A stretch of DNA of 62,086 bases, counting the filler, from Choristocarpus tenellus KU-1152 (taxonomy: Eukaryota > Protista > Phaeophyceae): the NCBI GenBank assembly GCA_964200185.2. It is 15 parts of 15 records of this genome, joined end to end, with 100 filler letters (N's around TTAATTAATTAA, not from the genome) between each part and the next. Parts side by side here need not be neighbours in the genome. Positions count along the whole stretch, not along the records: positions 13,115 to 16,998 come from CAXNAD020017378.1; positions 17,099 to 20,402 come from CAXNAD020020921.1; positions 20,503 to 24,595 come from CAXNAD020016258.1; positions 24,696 to 29,813 come from CAXNAD020011816.1; 11 more parts are not named here. The stretch is one strand, 5' to 3'. Each line of letters opens with the position of its first letter. Position 1 is the first letter of the stretch. The notes beneath the pieces were generated by a model. It made no database searches, was not told where the DNA came from, and saw only the letters and a program-made list of their open reading frames with translations. Below, in pieces: positions 13,015-24,883 of the stretch. The position numbers and the translations under genes are program-made.

Positions 13015-13179
13015 NNNNNNNNNNNNNNNNNNNNNNNNNNNNNNNNNNNNNNNNNNNNTTAATTAATTAANNNNNNNNNNNNNNNNNNNNNNNNNNNNNN
13101 NNNNNNNNNNNNNNTTTGGTACTTTAATTGAAAAATGAAAAGAAGAGACAGTTGGGGGACCGCAACCGAGCGAGGTGTT

Positions 13180-13356
13180 GGGGGGGGGGGGGGGGGGGGG
13201 GGTCCACACCAGGGTGTCCATTTGGGCCAAAATCAGGAAAATGTATTTACACTATCCATCCGATGTATGCAACCAAATCACCCAAAAATCGCGACATGAA
13301 AAATTTCACCCCAAATGGACAGCCGCCACACACCCCACCCCCAGATACTTTGAGCC
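13180..13356 (-). mobile_element. MITE family B, near-complete
   Basis: (G)nTCCACACCAGGGTGTCCATTTGGG...CCCCAAATGGACAGCCGCC..CCAGATACTTTGAGCC. Confidence 0.9.
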
Positions 13357-13930
13357 TCCACCCTTCCCAATTTCAGCTTCTCTGTCTGCACTGAATAATG
13401 AATGATGCACTAGGTGGAGTTTTGTCTATATGGGTATGTTGTGAATTTCTTGGTGAAGGAGAAATATGTGTGAGCTCTGTAGTATGGTACGGTAACATGG
13501 TTAACCTCGGTGTCATGCATTCGATAGAGAAGAGAGATAGGAACATTTTTCTCTCTAGTTTAGCTGATGCTGTGGTAGGGTGAGGAGGATTTCTGCCTGG
13601 AAGAAAATGATTAATAATACTATTTTTGTTGTGTGTGTGTGAGTCTAGTAATGTATAATCAATTGAGCTTTTGTATTCAGGGTACATGATAGGGATACTA
13701 CCAAATCATTTCACGTGGAAACACAATTCACAGCCTCCCGCAGATGATTGCTTGTTCCTGTGCAGAGCACGTGTATGATGTTCAAAAGCGTGGAACACCA
13801 CACTCCACACCAGTCATTGGCTGGCGCGATTTCTATAACACAACTTAGCATATTCCTGATGTACCCCATCCCCTCACCCCCAAACCCCGAAAACCCCTGC
13901 TGCTTCAACAATTTTTTTCGCTGCATTCAG

Positions 13931-16580
13931 GGAGGACTGATGGCACCTCAGGCAGAATCCAAAGAATATCATGATTCCCCAATACCATCGCCTAATGATA
14001 CAATGGGGGATGGGAGCTGGCTGGGTATGGTATCGTCAGGAGGGGGAGAAGAAAAACAAGTGGAGGGGGGTGGGGTAGAGCAAAAGGCGACCCAGCATGA
14101 TTCTGCTTCTATACCTGGAGGTGGCATTGGGATTAGGATCCACAGGGAAGGACTGAGTGCAGGGATGATCGGAATGTATGAGACATTCAAACAGGTAATC
14201 TTCCTTGACTGCATCGGCAAGTGGGGAGACATATACGTGCCCTTCAAAGTATTTGCATGGCAAGTACAAAAGAAGGTACAGCATTGTTTGATATATGCAA
14301 GTGATATTTCAGAGGGGTACTCTGATATCGTCTCCAAGTGCAGTGCCACTGTGATTCACACTTACTGCCCCTGCAACTGAAGCACCCTCCCTCTTGCCCC
14401 CTCCCCTCGGGGTAATGTTAGTCTCTCTTAACATTTCCTCACTGCGCCCTGCTCAATCTCGTTGCTGCTTCTCTTTCCATCCTCCAAACCCTCATTGTCG
14501 GGGCGATGTGGTGCAGGGAGAGGGTCGCCACCTTAACCGCGAGCTTTTAGCAGCAAAGGCGATGTCAAAGGTCCAGAGGGAGGGAGTAAGGGAACAGGCA
14601 GCACGAGTCAATGAGTGCAAAAGGCGCATCAACCAGACACAGGTGACAAAGCATCTGTTCACTGACAGAAGTGGAGACGTACTTCAAGTTCCTTCTTCTC
14701 TTTGTGTGGAGCTCTACTGTACTACGTATCACCCATGTGATGAGATAATTATCTGACAAGACAGAATTGCAGACCGATCACGGTCAAGTCGAAACATTGC
14801 TGTGGAGGAAATACGCGCCCAAGCTAGTTAGCCAGCTGTGGGGAGTATTATGAACAGCTATATGGATAGGGCACAAATTCTCAGGTCAATAGATGTTCTG
14901 GAAGAACTCCATTCAATAAGCACTGAGTGCGCAGCAAAGAATGATGGGCTTCATATCCCAAGTTTTCTTGCAGTAACTTATATTCCAGAGTCTACCCAAG
15001 CAATAACCTTCTTTTTCCTTTCCTAGATTTCTGTCAAGGAGAAACGGCACAATAGGCCCTCGCTCCCAGATGTAAAAGGCACTGCTGATGATATAATGGA
15101 TGAGGAGGAGTTCATGTGAGTTGGTGGTATACCTAATGTTTGGTGGATCTCGGACACTTGGTGTAGACAGAGAGAACAAAGACATAATGACCTTCCTTGG
15201 AAGAGCTCGTATCCCATTGAAAAGCACCCGCTAGGACCTGTCGATGATTGTATGAGAGTCCTTGGGAGGAGAGAGGGAAAATTATTATTATCCAGATGAA
15301 TATTATGTGCGGAACATTCAAACCCAGCACAGTATAGAGTATCATATTACTACGATTGGATACTGATACTCTTGTTGTACAGAAATCTCCTTGTGTTAGC
15401 GCTCTATCATACTGGACGGAAGAGTACCTGCAACGCAATCAGCATGCCTAGTTCATTATCTTAGGGGATCGTGCAACATCAGGAATAATAAAATGAACAA
15501 ACTCATCTAATCCTATCTCCCATAATCTCTGCATCCTGCACATCCTGTCAAGACATGGTAGAGTTCATCCTGAACAGACCCCAAGCATTTGCATGTCCTA
15601 CATGTTAAGCATACATATATTCTAAAGATATCATATTGCAGTGAGGATTCGGCTCCCAGCTACTGTGCAATACACTTGATCATCAAATTAAAATATGATG
15701 TCATCTCCCTTCATTACACAGTATGTATTGGCATCATACACGCATCCACTCTCCTTTTCTTTAATACAGTACTTGTAGAGTTCTAAGTGCTCTCAGCCTT
15801 TAGATGTGTTATGAGCCAAAGTATCTTGGAGGGTAGAGCCGCATCCATTTGGGGGTCACAATCCAATGTTGCGATTTTGATGTAATTCTGGCTTTCGTTT
15901 TTGTTAGGAAGTGTCAACATCCTTGTTTCAGACACACCTTTTTATAACGTACACATTTTGCCTACTCCGAAATATATTGGAGTAGGAAAATGTCAGAAAA
16001 AACCCGTTGGAAGCCAATCCCCAAATGGACAAACAGGACAAAACTCGTACCCTCTAAGATACTTTCACTCTTATAAACAATATCAGTATATGGTGCCTGA
16101 CAGAGATGCAATCAATAGTGCCCCACACCAAGATAGCACTTATGTGGTCAACTCCAACTATTCCGAAGGGGATTGATGCGGGCAGTCATTACATTTTCTG
16201 ATCCAGAATATAGTTAAACCCAAACGAAAATTATTGAGAGCATAAATTGGCCAAAAACATTGTCTTTACCTCCACCCCACAGTCACATTCCATGTCTTGC
16301 ACTGTTTGCTCTATCCTCTCACACAAAAATTAACCTTGCATCAGTCATAATGTACACTATAGGGCCCATAATGTGTATATCGCCCTCATCCTTGTCCTCA
16401 TCGATCCTTGCTTGACATATGGGAAGGATGATCAAGGAAGAGCGCTCAGCAAAGAAAGAGTACAAAGAGGCCTTCGATGAGCTACAGGCACGCCGTACCA
16501 AGGCAGACGAATCATTGCGGCGGGAAGAAGGGATAAGGCAAGACCTTCTGTCAGGATTTGACAAGTACTGTGAAGCAAAG
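13931..16580 (+). CDS. KIF9: Kinesin-9 (KIF9/KIF6-type) C-terminal region, four exons (13931-14194, 14517-14642, 15027-15115, 16427-16580)
   Basis: Spliced product ..YETFKQGEGRHLNRELLAAK..VNECKRRI..DIMDEEEFMMIKEERSAKKEYKEAFDELQ..RQDLLSGFDKY parallels the KIF9 tail (FEEFKQEQGSEINRIF..IIDEEEF..LKDLKKQYR..RHRLLMEFDIWY). All junctions are GT-AG and phase-compatible. Confidence 0.78.
15813..16070 (+). mobile_element. MITE family A, complete (258 bp), intronic
   Basis: TIRs GAGCCAAAGTATCTTGGAGGGTA / TACCCTCTAAGATACTTTCACTC; flanks TTAT|..|TTAT. Confidence 0.95.
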
Positions 16581-16676
16581 GTGCGACTGCCTACCTCCAC
16601 ACCTGCACTGGGTATTTCCCCCCTTCACGGTTGAGTTGGCTGTACATACCCACACCCTAGACCTTAATCCAGAATA

Positions 16677-16859
16677 GACCCAAACTATCTGGGGGGGAAG
16701 GGGGGATCTACACCAGAGTTTCCATTTGGACCAAGGCCAGAAAAAGTACACTTTCATTATCCATCCAATGTATGCAACCAAATCACCCAAAAGTCGTGAC
16801 ATGAAAAAATTCACCCCAAATGGACAACCGCCACCCCCCCCCCCCAGATACTTTGAGCC
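16677..16859 (-). mobile_element. MITE family B, complete
   Basis: GACCCAAACTATCTGGG...CCCAGATACTTTGAGCC; flanks ATA|..|ATA. Confidence 0.92.
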
Positions 16860-16867
16860 ATAGGTGT

Positions 16868-16998
16868 GAGTCAAAGTATCTTAGGGGGTAGAGCCGTGTC
16901 CATTTGGGAACCAAAATCCAATGTTGCAATTTTTATGTAATTTTGGCTGTTGTTTTTGTTAGGAAGTGTCAATATCTATGTTTTGGACACACCTTTTC
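16868..16998 (+). mobile_element. MITE family A, truncated by contig end
   Basis: GAGTCAAAGTATCTTAGGGGGTAGAGCCGTGTCCATTTGGG... Confidence 0.9.
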
Positions 16999-17098
16999 NN
17001 NNNNNNNNNNNNNNNNNNNNNNNNNNNNNNNNNNNNNNNNNNTTAATTAATTAANNNNNNNNNNNNNNNNNNNNNNNNNNNNNNNNNNNNNNNNNNNN

Positions 17099-18025
17099 TT
17101 CTTGACCTGTGCCACCAGCCAACCAGAATTCTCCCGCCCACAAAACTCAGTTTACTTCATAAACTATCACATTCTAACAACCCTTGTGACCAACCAGTGC
17201 AACCTCTTCGCCACTGATTTCCAGTCACCGTCCACCTCTGATGACCAACCAGGGCGAACCCCTTTCGCCACTGATTTCCAGTCACCCCCCCTATCCGATG
17301 ACCAACCAATGCGACCCCTTTCGCCACTGATTTCCGGTCTCTACCACCTCTTTCAACCCTATCCAACCCCACTCAACCCCACCCCACGTGCCATTCCACC
17401 ACACCATTGAATACCACTCAACACCACTCCACAATCATCCAAGAACCCCCCTTTATCATCCCCTTCATACCGTCCGAGCCTTTGAGCTAGGAGACATCTA
17501 CTCTGCCTGAACTTAACCTCCCCTCCCACCCTAAGATCCAAGTCAGTCGTGAGCAAGCGACAGGGCGGGTGGGCAGGAAAGCTTGCTCGGGAATCCTTTT
17601 GATCTAGCCCTCCTTGTCTTGTCACTCCAGCCTCAGGTTTCCTCTTCAATTCAATACTGTCCATTCCTTCTCCCCTTGTACCTCTGCCTGCCACCTATTT
17701 TCTTAACCTCTCCTCCCTCTCTCAACCACTCAATCTTTAACTCTTCGTTCCCTCCTCGATGTATATTTTCTCTTTCCTGTCCCCTTCCTTGCCCTGTGCC
17801 CCCAACCAACCAGAATTCTTCCGCCCACAAAACTCAGATTACTTCATAAACTTTCCCTTTACTACCACATATCTATCTTGTACTACTACTGTTTTCCTGT
17901 GTCCCAAACCTAATCCTCCATCCCACGGTGAGGAGGTAGGGACGCATCCCACGAATCTAATATATCCCCTCCTTGCCCATCTCCCTGGTGAATCCAGCTT
18001 AAAACGTATGACCCATCTAGATAGA
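17099..18025. repeat. Dispersed repeat family C, copy 2 (rearranged; internal 56-57-bp tandem units)
   Basis: TTCGCCACTGATTTCC at 17207, 17264 and 17320; 17190-17860 resembles the reverse complement of ~918-1570, while 17860-18025 resembles 660-820 directly; ~70-bp direct repeat at 17101 and 17789. Confidence 0.8.
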
Positions 18026-18284
18026 GAGTGAAAGTATCTTAGAGGGTATGAGTTTTGCCCTGTTTGTCCATTTGGGGCTTGGCTTCCCATGGGGTTTTTG
18101 TGATATTTTTCCTACTCCGAAATGTTTCGGAGGAGGTAATATGTGTATGTTATGAAATGGTGTGTCTGGAACAAGGATACTGACACTTCCTAACAAATAC
18201 GATGGATAAAATTACATGGAAATCGCAACATTGGATTTCAGCCCCCGAATGGACGCGGCCCTACCCTCTAAGATACTTTGACTC
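18026..18284 (-). mobile_element. MITE family A, complete, no TSD (truncates repeat C)
   Basis: GAGTGAAAGTATCTTAGAGGGTA...TACCCTCTAAGATACTTTGACTC. Confidence 0.95.
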
Positions 18285-18426
18285 ATTTGGTTCACAGGAA
18301 GGGCTTGTGCAAATTGAGCATACTTCTGACATGCACTTGACATTTTTAAGCCCAGCTCTCTCTACGAGACAAGATTAATCTGAGTGCTTAGAAGGGTGAA
18401 CTCAACAGGTGAAATTCTGTAAGAGT

Positions 18427-18636
18427 GAGTCAAAGTATCTTAGAGGGCAGAGCCGTTTGGGCGCAAAAACGCAATGCTCCTATTTTGATGTAATTTTGGC
18501 TAACGTGTTTGTTACGAAGTTTCAATATCCTTGTTCTGGACACTCTTTTTTTCACAACATATCTTTTGACCTACTCCGAAACATTTTGGAGTAGGTAAGA
18601 TGTCATAGAAAACCCGTTGGAGGCCAAGCCCCAAAT
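18427..18636 (+). mobile_element. MITE family A, diverged, right end missing
   Basis: GAGTCAAAGTATCTTAGAGGG..CCTACTCCGAAACATTTTGGAGTAGG..CCCCAAAT. Confidence 0.85.
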
Positions 18637-19443
18637 AACAGTCTCTCACCAAAATTGAGGATGGAGCATACTATGGAGGATGGGTTTGATCCAAAATGGT
18701 GCGCGGAAAGTGCCCATATGTTTTTTTGTAAATGTTTGTCACTTTTTAAGGGTCCCTTTTTGAATGTAGTAGGACAGTGGGGGGGGGGTGGCAATGATTT
18801 CGTTTGATCGTCGTGCACATGTATGCCCTGCATTGGATTGCTTTCTTGAATAATTAGTGCAGTCGGTGGAGTCGTTTGACTGTCGATGGTGGAGGTGGTA
18901 GAAAAAAATAGTACTTCGAAGTAGTTTTTTCGGGGCGGCATTTCATCGTCATTATGGATGGTTGACTGACTGAGAAGAAGAAGTGTTATTTCCCATATTA
19001 TCAAATTGTTTATCAATTATTGCTATCGTTGCCAAGTAGAAGAAGAAGCTACCACGGAGCGCATATAAGTATTGACATTATATGATGATCGACCTCTTTG
19101 TACGAATATCTCAGTCATGCCTGAGATATCGTTTGTTGCGATCTGCCCCCCCCTCCCCACCCTGTCAGATACGCCGATCTGCATTTATCTATTTTCTCGG
19201 ACAAGTTATTGGACTTGTAACACATCGCAGTGGGCGAACGGGGCAAGGGGTAGGTGGGAAGCGGTCGCGGGACACGCGTGGCAGGCAGTAGTGAACAACA
19301 TGTTGCTGTCGACAGAAAGACCACGAGGGATAAAAAAGATCAACAATGGACTGACTGACGATGAACCAAACAAAGGAAACTTAGTAACAACTTGGTAGAT
19401 CAGAAGAGTCATCAGGCGATCATGGAACAACGACAACACTCCA

Positions 19444-19890
19444 TCACCCACCGTTGGCAATTAGCCTCTTTTCTACTTGGTTGAACTCCATGTAGACCCG
19501 CATCATGAAAGCGTGTTCGGGATCAAACTCTCTCTTCAGCACCGTTATTCTACGGTTTCCGTCCAATGTTCGTCCTTGAATGGCAAGCGCAGTTTCGGCG
19601 GTGAGCTGGTTCCCGTTGCCTAAGCAGTCTCGTTGGATTACAACAGACGGAGCAAACTGCTCCAGCCACCTTTTTTCATGGATGGACTTGCTGACGCGCG
19701 CAAGGCCACACTCGCTCATGGGACGCACCATCTCCGTGCATGTGATGTTGCCGAGTTCCATCTGGTATGTGCCGAGGTAGTGATGTTCTAGGAGCGAGGA
19801 CATGCCCTTCAGATTGCTGTATCATGTTCTCGATTCGTGGACAGCGCCATCGGCAGGTGGGTGGGTCGTTGTTGAGCGAATGCTGGACAT
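19444..19890 (-). pseudogene. ParB/sulfiredoxin-like N-terminal domain, with in-frame stop
   Basis: gccATG at 19890, TGA at 19824-19822, then VRPMSECGLARVSKSIHEKRWLEQFAPSVVI..TLDGNRRITVLK, fitting the ParB pattern (R....L..SI...G....P..V...DG.HR). Confidence 0.55.
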
Positions 19891-20377
19891 GGCGAAGGTT
19901 GGGAGGGTGTGACGGGGATTGATAAATAACAGGTGCGCGTGGTATGTACGGAAGGGAATGAATTGAAATGAGGAGTGAGGGCTGGGAGGTGCTGCTTTAT
20001 TTCATCTGGTCAGTCGGTCCTAAAAACTCAGATTTCTCTTTCCATTGATAAGTGAGTTATGAATAATACAAATATCGAACAGCATACGATTTCATATTGA
20101 AAAGAGATAGAGAGTATCAGTTTATTGGAACCTTTTCGTTTCGTACGTTTTAAACGTATTGGAACAATAAAGGATGTGGTTTGTATTTTATTTTTTGATG
20201 TAAAGATTAGACTATTATTATTATTTCATATAAAACCTAACGCACGTGTTTTGGCTCTTCAATAGTTTTATTGATCCAATCTTTTTGTCGTCTCTAGTAT
20301 TTTTAATAACCCTAAAGTCGACAAAAAGCCGTTTTAGTATTTAAATAAATTGTGGGTACCAGTTGAAAGTGACCTTT

Positions 20378-20402
20378 GACCCAAAGTATCTGGGAGGGGG
20401 GG
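20378..20402 (+). mobile_element. MITE family B, terminal fragment
   Basis: GACCCAAAGTATCTGGGAGGGGGG at the contig end. Confidence 0.75.
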
Positions 20403-20599
20403 NNNNNNNNNNNNNNNNNNNNNNNNNNNNNNNNNNNNNNNNNNNNTTAATTAATTAANNNNNNNNNNNNNNNNNNNNNNNNNNNNNNNNNNNNNNNNNN
20501 NNACCCCCCTGCCACATGTTATGGAGAGCTATGTAGTACTTTGCTAAATCTTTCCTAGTCATCGCTGTTGCCAAGATCAATGTACCTACTGCCTCTCTG

Positions 20600-23270
20600 T
20601 ATAGAATGCCATTTCAAACACAAGGGTTAATTCCCCCTCCGGTCCAGGGTCTAGGAGGGATCATTGGGGTATCACCCTTCTCCTTACCATGTCCACATCC
20701 AAGCACTTCCATATTACCTTGAAGTACTTTGTCTGTCTGATACTAGTGTTCCATGTGATCCTGTCATGTGAGATGCTCTACACACCACTCGGAATCTCTG
20801 AAATCCTCAATAGAAAACTGGTCCATGTAGTAAACCAAAACCAAAACATCGTGCAATCCTACAACAACATGGCCATCACTGTGGAGGGTTAACATCTACA
20901 CACACTGCACCATATTGTGTGTAATGCAAAACACATGAGTCTGCCATGCTTTATTCAAAACCGAGCTGCTCTGGAACATACACAAACAATTGAACCCTTT
21001 GCTTGCTTGCCTGGTCCAATGCAGTGCTTTCAGCAAACGAGAAATCTCACCTGTTCAAAGGCTATCTCCATCACACAAACAAGCATAAATCTCTGCTATC
21101 TTAACCACAATAAAAACTTGTTTGATATCTCAAGCACCAATTCCCAACCCAAGTCTGCAACTGAAGCCAAAACCATTTTCAATGATGCAGGTGAAGATGT
21201 CAGGGCAAATGTGTCGTGGAAATCTAATCCCTCTATCTGACATAAAATCTTTTGCTACCAGACATGCTCTGTACTCAACTAAATTTCTGAACATTGTAAT
21301 CTTATGCTTGTGCATCTAGTTATTAATAGTACCAATTACCTTGTGTCCAGGGGGTACACAATCACCCATTTTTCGTTTAATATCAAACCAGATAACTCCT
21401 CTCCTCTAGCTTCTTGACTCCACCACTCATTCTCAGGAAAACTACATTCTGGCTGAGTAATCATAAGTTCAGGGGGCAGCTCATCAGCTAACACTTCAAT
21501 GAAAGGATCACATGGACACAAAACAAGAATAGAGACCATGAAACAGGCGAAACATATAAAATGCACTTCTATCAAATCAAAAACAGGTCTTGCAACTTCA
21601 ACAATAGGATGTGTGTGGTCACCAGATCTGGGGTGATGATGCAGAATACTATTTTTGCTGTCTTCATTTTGCAGTTACTGGAGCTCTCTTGTTATGCTAG
21701 ATCCCTCTTCATTGTTCTCCTCAACACTTCTGATACTCCCTTTGATCCTGAACTTCCAATTTTCATATTCTTGATCACCTCCCAGCTCCTGAACCGAATG
21801 TAAAGTGGAGGTGTGTAAGCCAGTCCATTGTTGTACGTCAGGACGAAGAATGTACATGGGACCGAACACTACCCCACTGTTGTCTTTGAAAACCTCCTAG
21901 TTGTTGCAATCAGATAACGTAAAACACATGTTCACATCGTCATTTGGAGGTCAATGTACACCTGCACATTGCATCATCTGATAAGTCTCCATTTCTCGCA
22001 CATTGAGAGTTTCCCACAGTTGTTCCCATCACACGCCAGCCATGATACACTTCTGACCTATGCTCAGCTACTGCGACCCAATTATGTCATTGCAGCCAGG
22101 AGTGTCGATAGTCAGAGCTCCCACCAGTGAACCCACCCTGCTGTAGAATGGCATCAACTACATGCAAGCCTCTATCCCTTCCACATTTGAGGGGCAACCC
22201 TTCCCCATCAGATACCATGGTGGCTTCACGGATGTTGTGAAATACCAACCCATAGGATGAACAAGGAATTAGAGGACAAGAGACTTTGGCAATACAAGGC
22301 ACAATTGTAACAGAGTTCTGTGTGACCTGCCTTTGCTGATACCTAACAGAATGTTGATGTGAAGTGTCCCATACCTCCTTATCAATGTTGGGACTCTATT
22401 GGCTTGGGTCATATTCTTTAGCGAACCATACATTTAGATGGTGTCTCCACTCATGTTGCTACATGTTCTTGGACTGCTGTTGTCCAGTCCCAACTCACAC
22501 CTCTGCATCACTAGACACAACTGCATTCTCATAACAATTTGACCTCAGGTCACCCTTCCTATCGTCTTTGAAACAACCCATTGAATGTACAGCCTCAATT
22601 GCTGCACACACACCCTGGATCCACACCTAATATATGCAATACCCTCTAGACAGGTAATGAAATCGCCTTTTGTGCTGTTGGTTTTTCACAGTCAGGGTAT
22701 TCCCTTACCCTCTAAACTTTTTGGCCTCCCTATTGAAGTGCTAAGTACCTATGTCAGGTAGCTTTTTTGATGACTGTACTTTTCCTTCCCTCCTCTCCAT
22801 GCAGTTGGAGATCATTCCGACTGATCAAGTAGGCATCACTAATAGGGTCAAGCATTTGCAATCTGAATGATTTGTGCAATCTGAATGATTTGATCAATAA
22901 TCTCACGCCCCATCATCTCTACCTGAATAACCTAGTCATCCATGATTATGAAGGTGATGTGGGGATCTGACCGCGGTGGCTCTTGTTGTAGTAGAAGCAC
23001 CTGTTGGTCTGAGAAGATCAGAAAACGTGCCTTGAGCTGTTTCCAAGCAACTGATGCCGATACTGCCTTCCTCACTATTCTGTACTATAACCGATCAGTG
23101 TTCCTCAGGAGGATGTTGTATGCCTTCTTGGCCCTGATGATGTCTTCTTCACTCACCCCTTCAGACTTTATGACAGGCTCTCACCACCTTCATGAAGAGG
23201 TTCTTTCCTCACTGCCAGAGCTATGTCCCAGTCTCTTCTCGCCAACAGAAATGATCATGTGGTAGCCAGC
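20600..23270 (-). mobile_element. Degraded Ty1/Copia gag-pol
   Basis: gag-like ASVAWKQLKARF (~23040), integrase-like FGPM (~21860), RT YRACLVAK.. (from YRARLVAKG) and LLKALH..RQAS (~21000-21280); order gag-PR-INT-RT; many stops and frameshifts. Confidence 0.75.
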
Positions 23271-23603
23271 CCACATAGTTCTTGGAGGTGTTCTACAGCG
23301 AATTTGGCTCTTAAAAACTCTCTGGGACTATACTTTTGAGGGCTTTCTCTTCTTGTCCTAATGGTCCAGTCAGCGTCTCCTCTGTAAGTGTGTGGAAAGC
23401 TCTCATGGCGCAAATTTTGTTGCCGAACAGCAAAAAGGGCATGGTTTGACAGGCACTGAAAATTTTATCCTCGTGGGGCATCCCTTCATACAACCAGAGA
23501 TACACCCCCAGCCCCTTTTTGCTGAGCCATATAACATTGCTATCTCCATTTGACTCAGCATGCTCTGCCATATATGGTACATCATGCCACTACTCTTTGT
23601 TCT

Positions 23604-23776
23604 GGCTCAAAGTATCTGGGAATGGGTGGCGGCTGTCTATTTGGGGCTCATTTTTTCATGTTGTCATTTTTGGGTGATCTGGTTGCATGTGTCGTATGTA
23701 TAATGTAAGTGCACTTCTCCTAGTCAGGGCCCGAATGGACACCATGGTGTAGACCCCTCCCCAGATACTTTGAGCC
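23604..23776 (+). mobile_element. MITE family B, complete (173 bp)
   Basis: GGCTCAAAGTATCTGGG...CCCAGATACTTTGAGCC perfect terminal IR; flanks TCT|..|TTT. Confidence 0.93.
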
Positions 23777-24399
23777 TTTTGACTAAACGAAACTGTCCCA
23801 TGGTGTTGGATACCTTTTTCTGCTGCTTACTACATCAGGTACTAAAACATCTAACATCAGGAGAATACATTTTACTTGATTCCGTCAGGTACTAAAACGT
23901 ATGTATCATAGTACAACATTTAGAGATAATCATATTTGTAGTCAGGGTATGTATGTATGCTGCTCAACATCAAAAGTGCGGATGACTGGATGTAGAACAC
24001 TTTTTGTGGGAATAATCACCAGAGAAGTAGTCAAGAATGTGGTAGACAAGAGTGTCACCACTACAAACCTGGCACATTTGGGCTGGGCCATGTGCTGGTG
24101 TTTGATATCACCTGAATAAGATCCTCTCTAATACCACTAACAACAACGACAATGTTTTGGCTGTATGTTCTCCGTGCCTGATTCTCTACTTCTTCTCGCC
24201 CCTGACTCTATACCTATTGCCCCTACTAACACCTCTTGCCTTCCTTGGCTCATGGCATCCTGGATGTATGACAGGTTGTTCGACCGCTTCTTTCGCTGTG
24301 ACACGACTGGTGCAGAGGGAAGCGGCCTGGGTCTTGCCATGTAAGACTCCTTCACAATGTTGCATCTTAAAGTGGTGCATGCAGCAGGCATCTCTAGTA

Positions 24400-24595
24400 G
24401 AGCCAAAGTATCTTAGAGGGTAGAGCCACGTCCATTTGGTGGCCAATATCCAATGTTGTTATTTTGACGCGATTTTACTATTTTGTTTGTTAGGAAGTGT
24501 CAATATCCATGTTCCGGACACACCTTTTCACAAGATATACACTTTACCTACTCCTAAACACTTTGGAGTAGGAAAATGTCATAAAAGAACCCATG
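24400..24595 (+). mobile_element. MITE family A, truncated by contig end
   Basis: GAGCCAAAGTATCTTAGAGGGTAGAGCCACGTCCATTTGG...CCTACTCC..GGAGTAGG. Confidence 0.9.
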
Positions 24596-24883
24596 NNNNN
24601 NNNNNNNNNNNNNNNNNNNNNNNNNNNNNNNNNNNNNNNTTAATTAATTAANNNNNNNNNNNNNNNNNNNNNNNNNNNNNNNNNNNNNNNNNNNNCCCAG
24701 ATATGTTGAGCTCTCTCGATCCTCTGTAACACTGTACATCATCTCATTCCCATACAGAACCTACCCCTCACAAGCAGAGTACGATGTGAGTATTGTAGAG
24801 AAAGAAATAATTTGTCGTGCATATCTACTCCTGACCTTTGCTGTCTTCTTTCATCTCCTCCCTGTAATTACTGTGTTGAGCAG

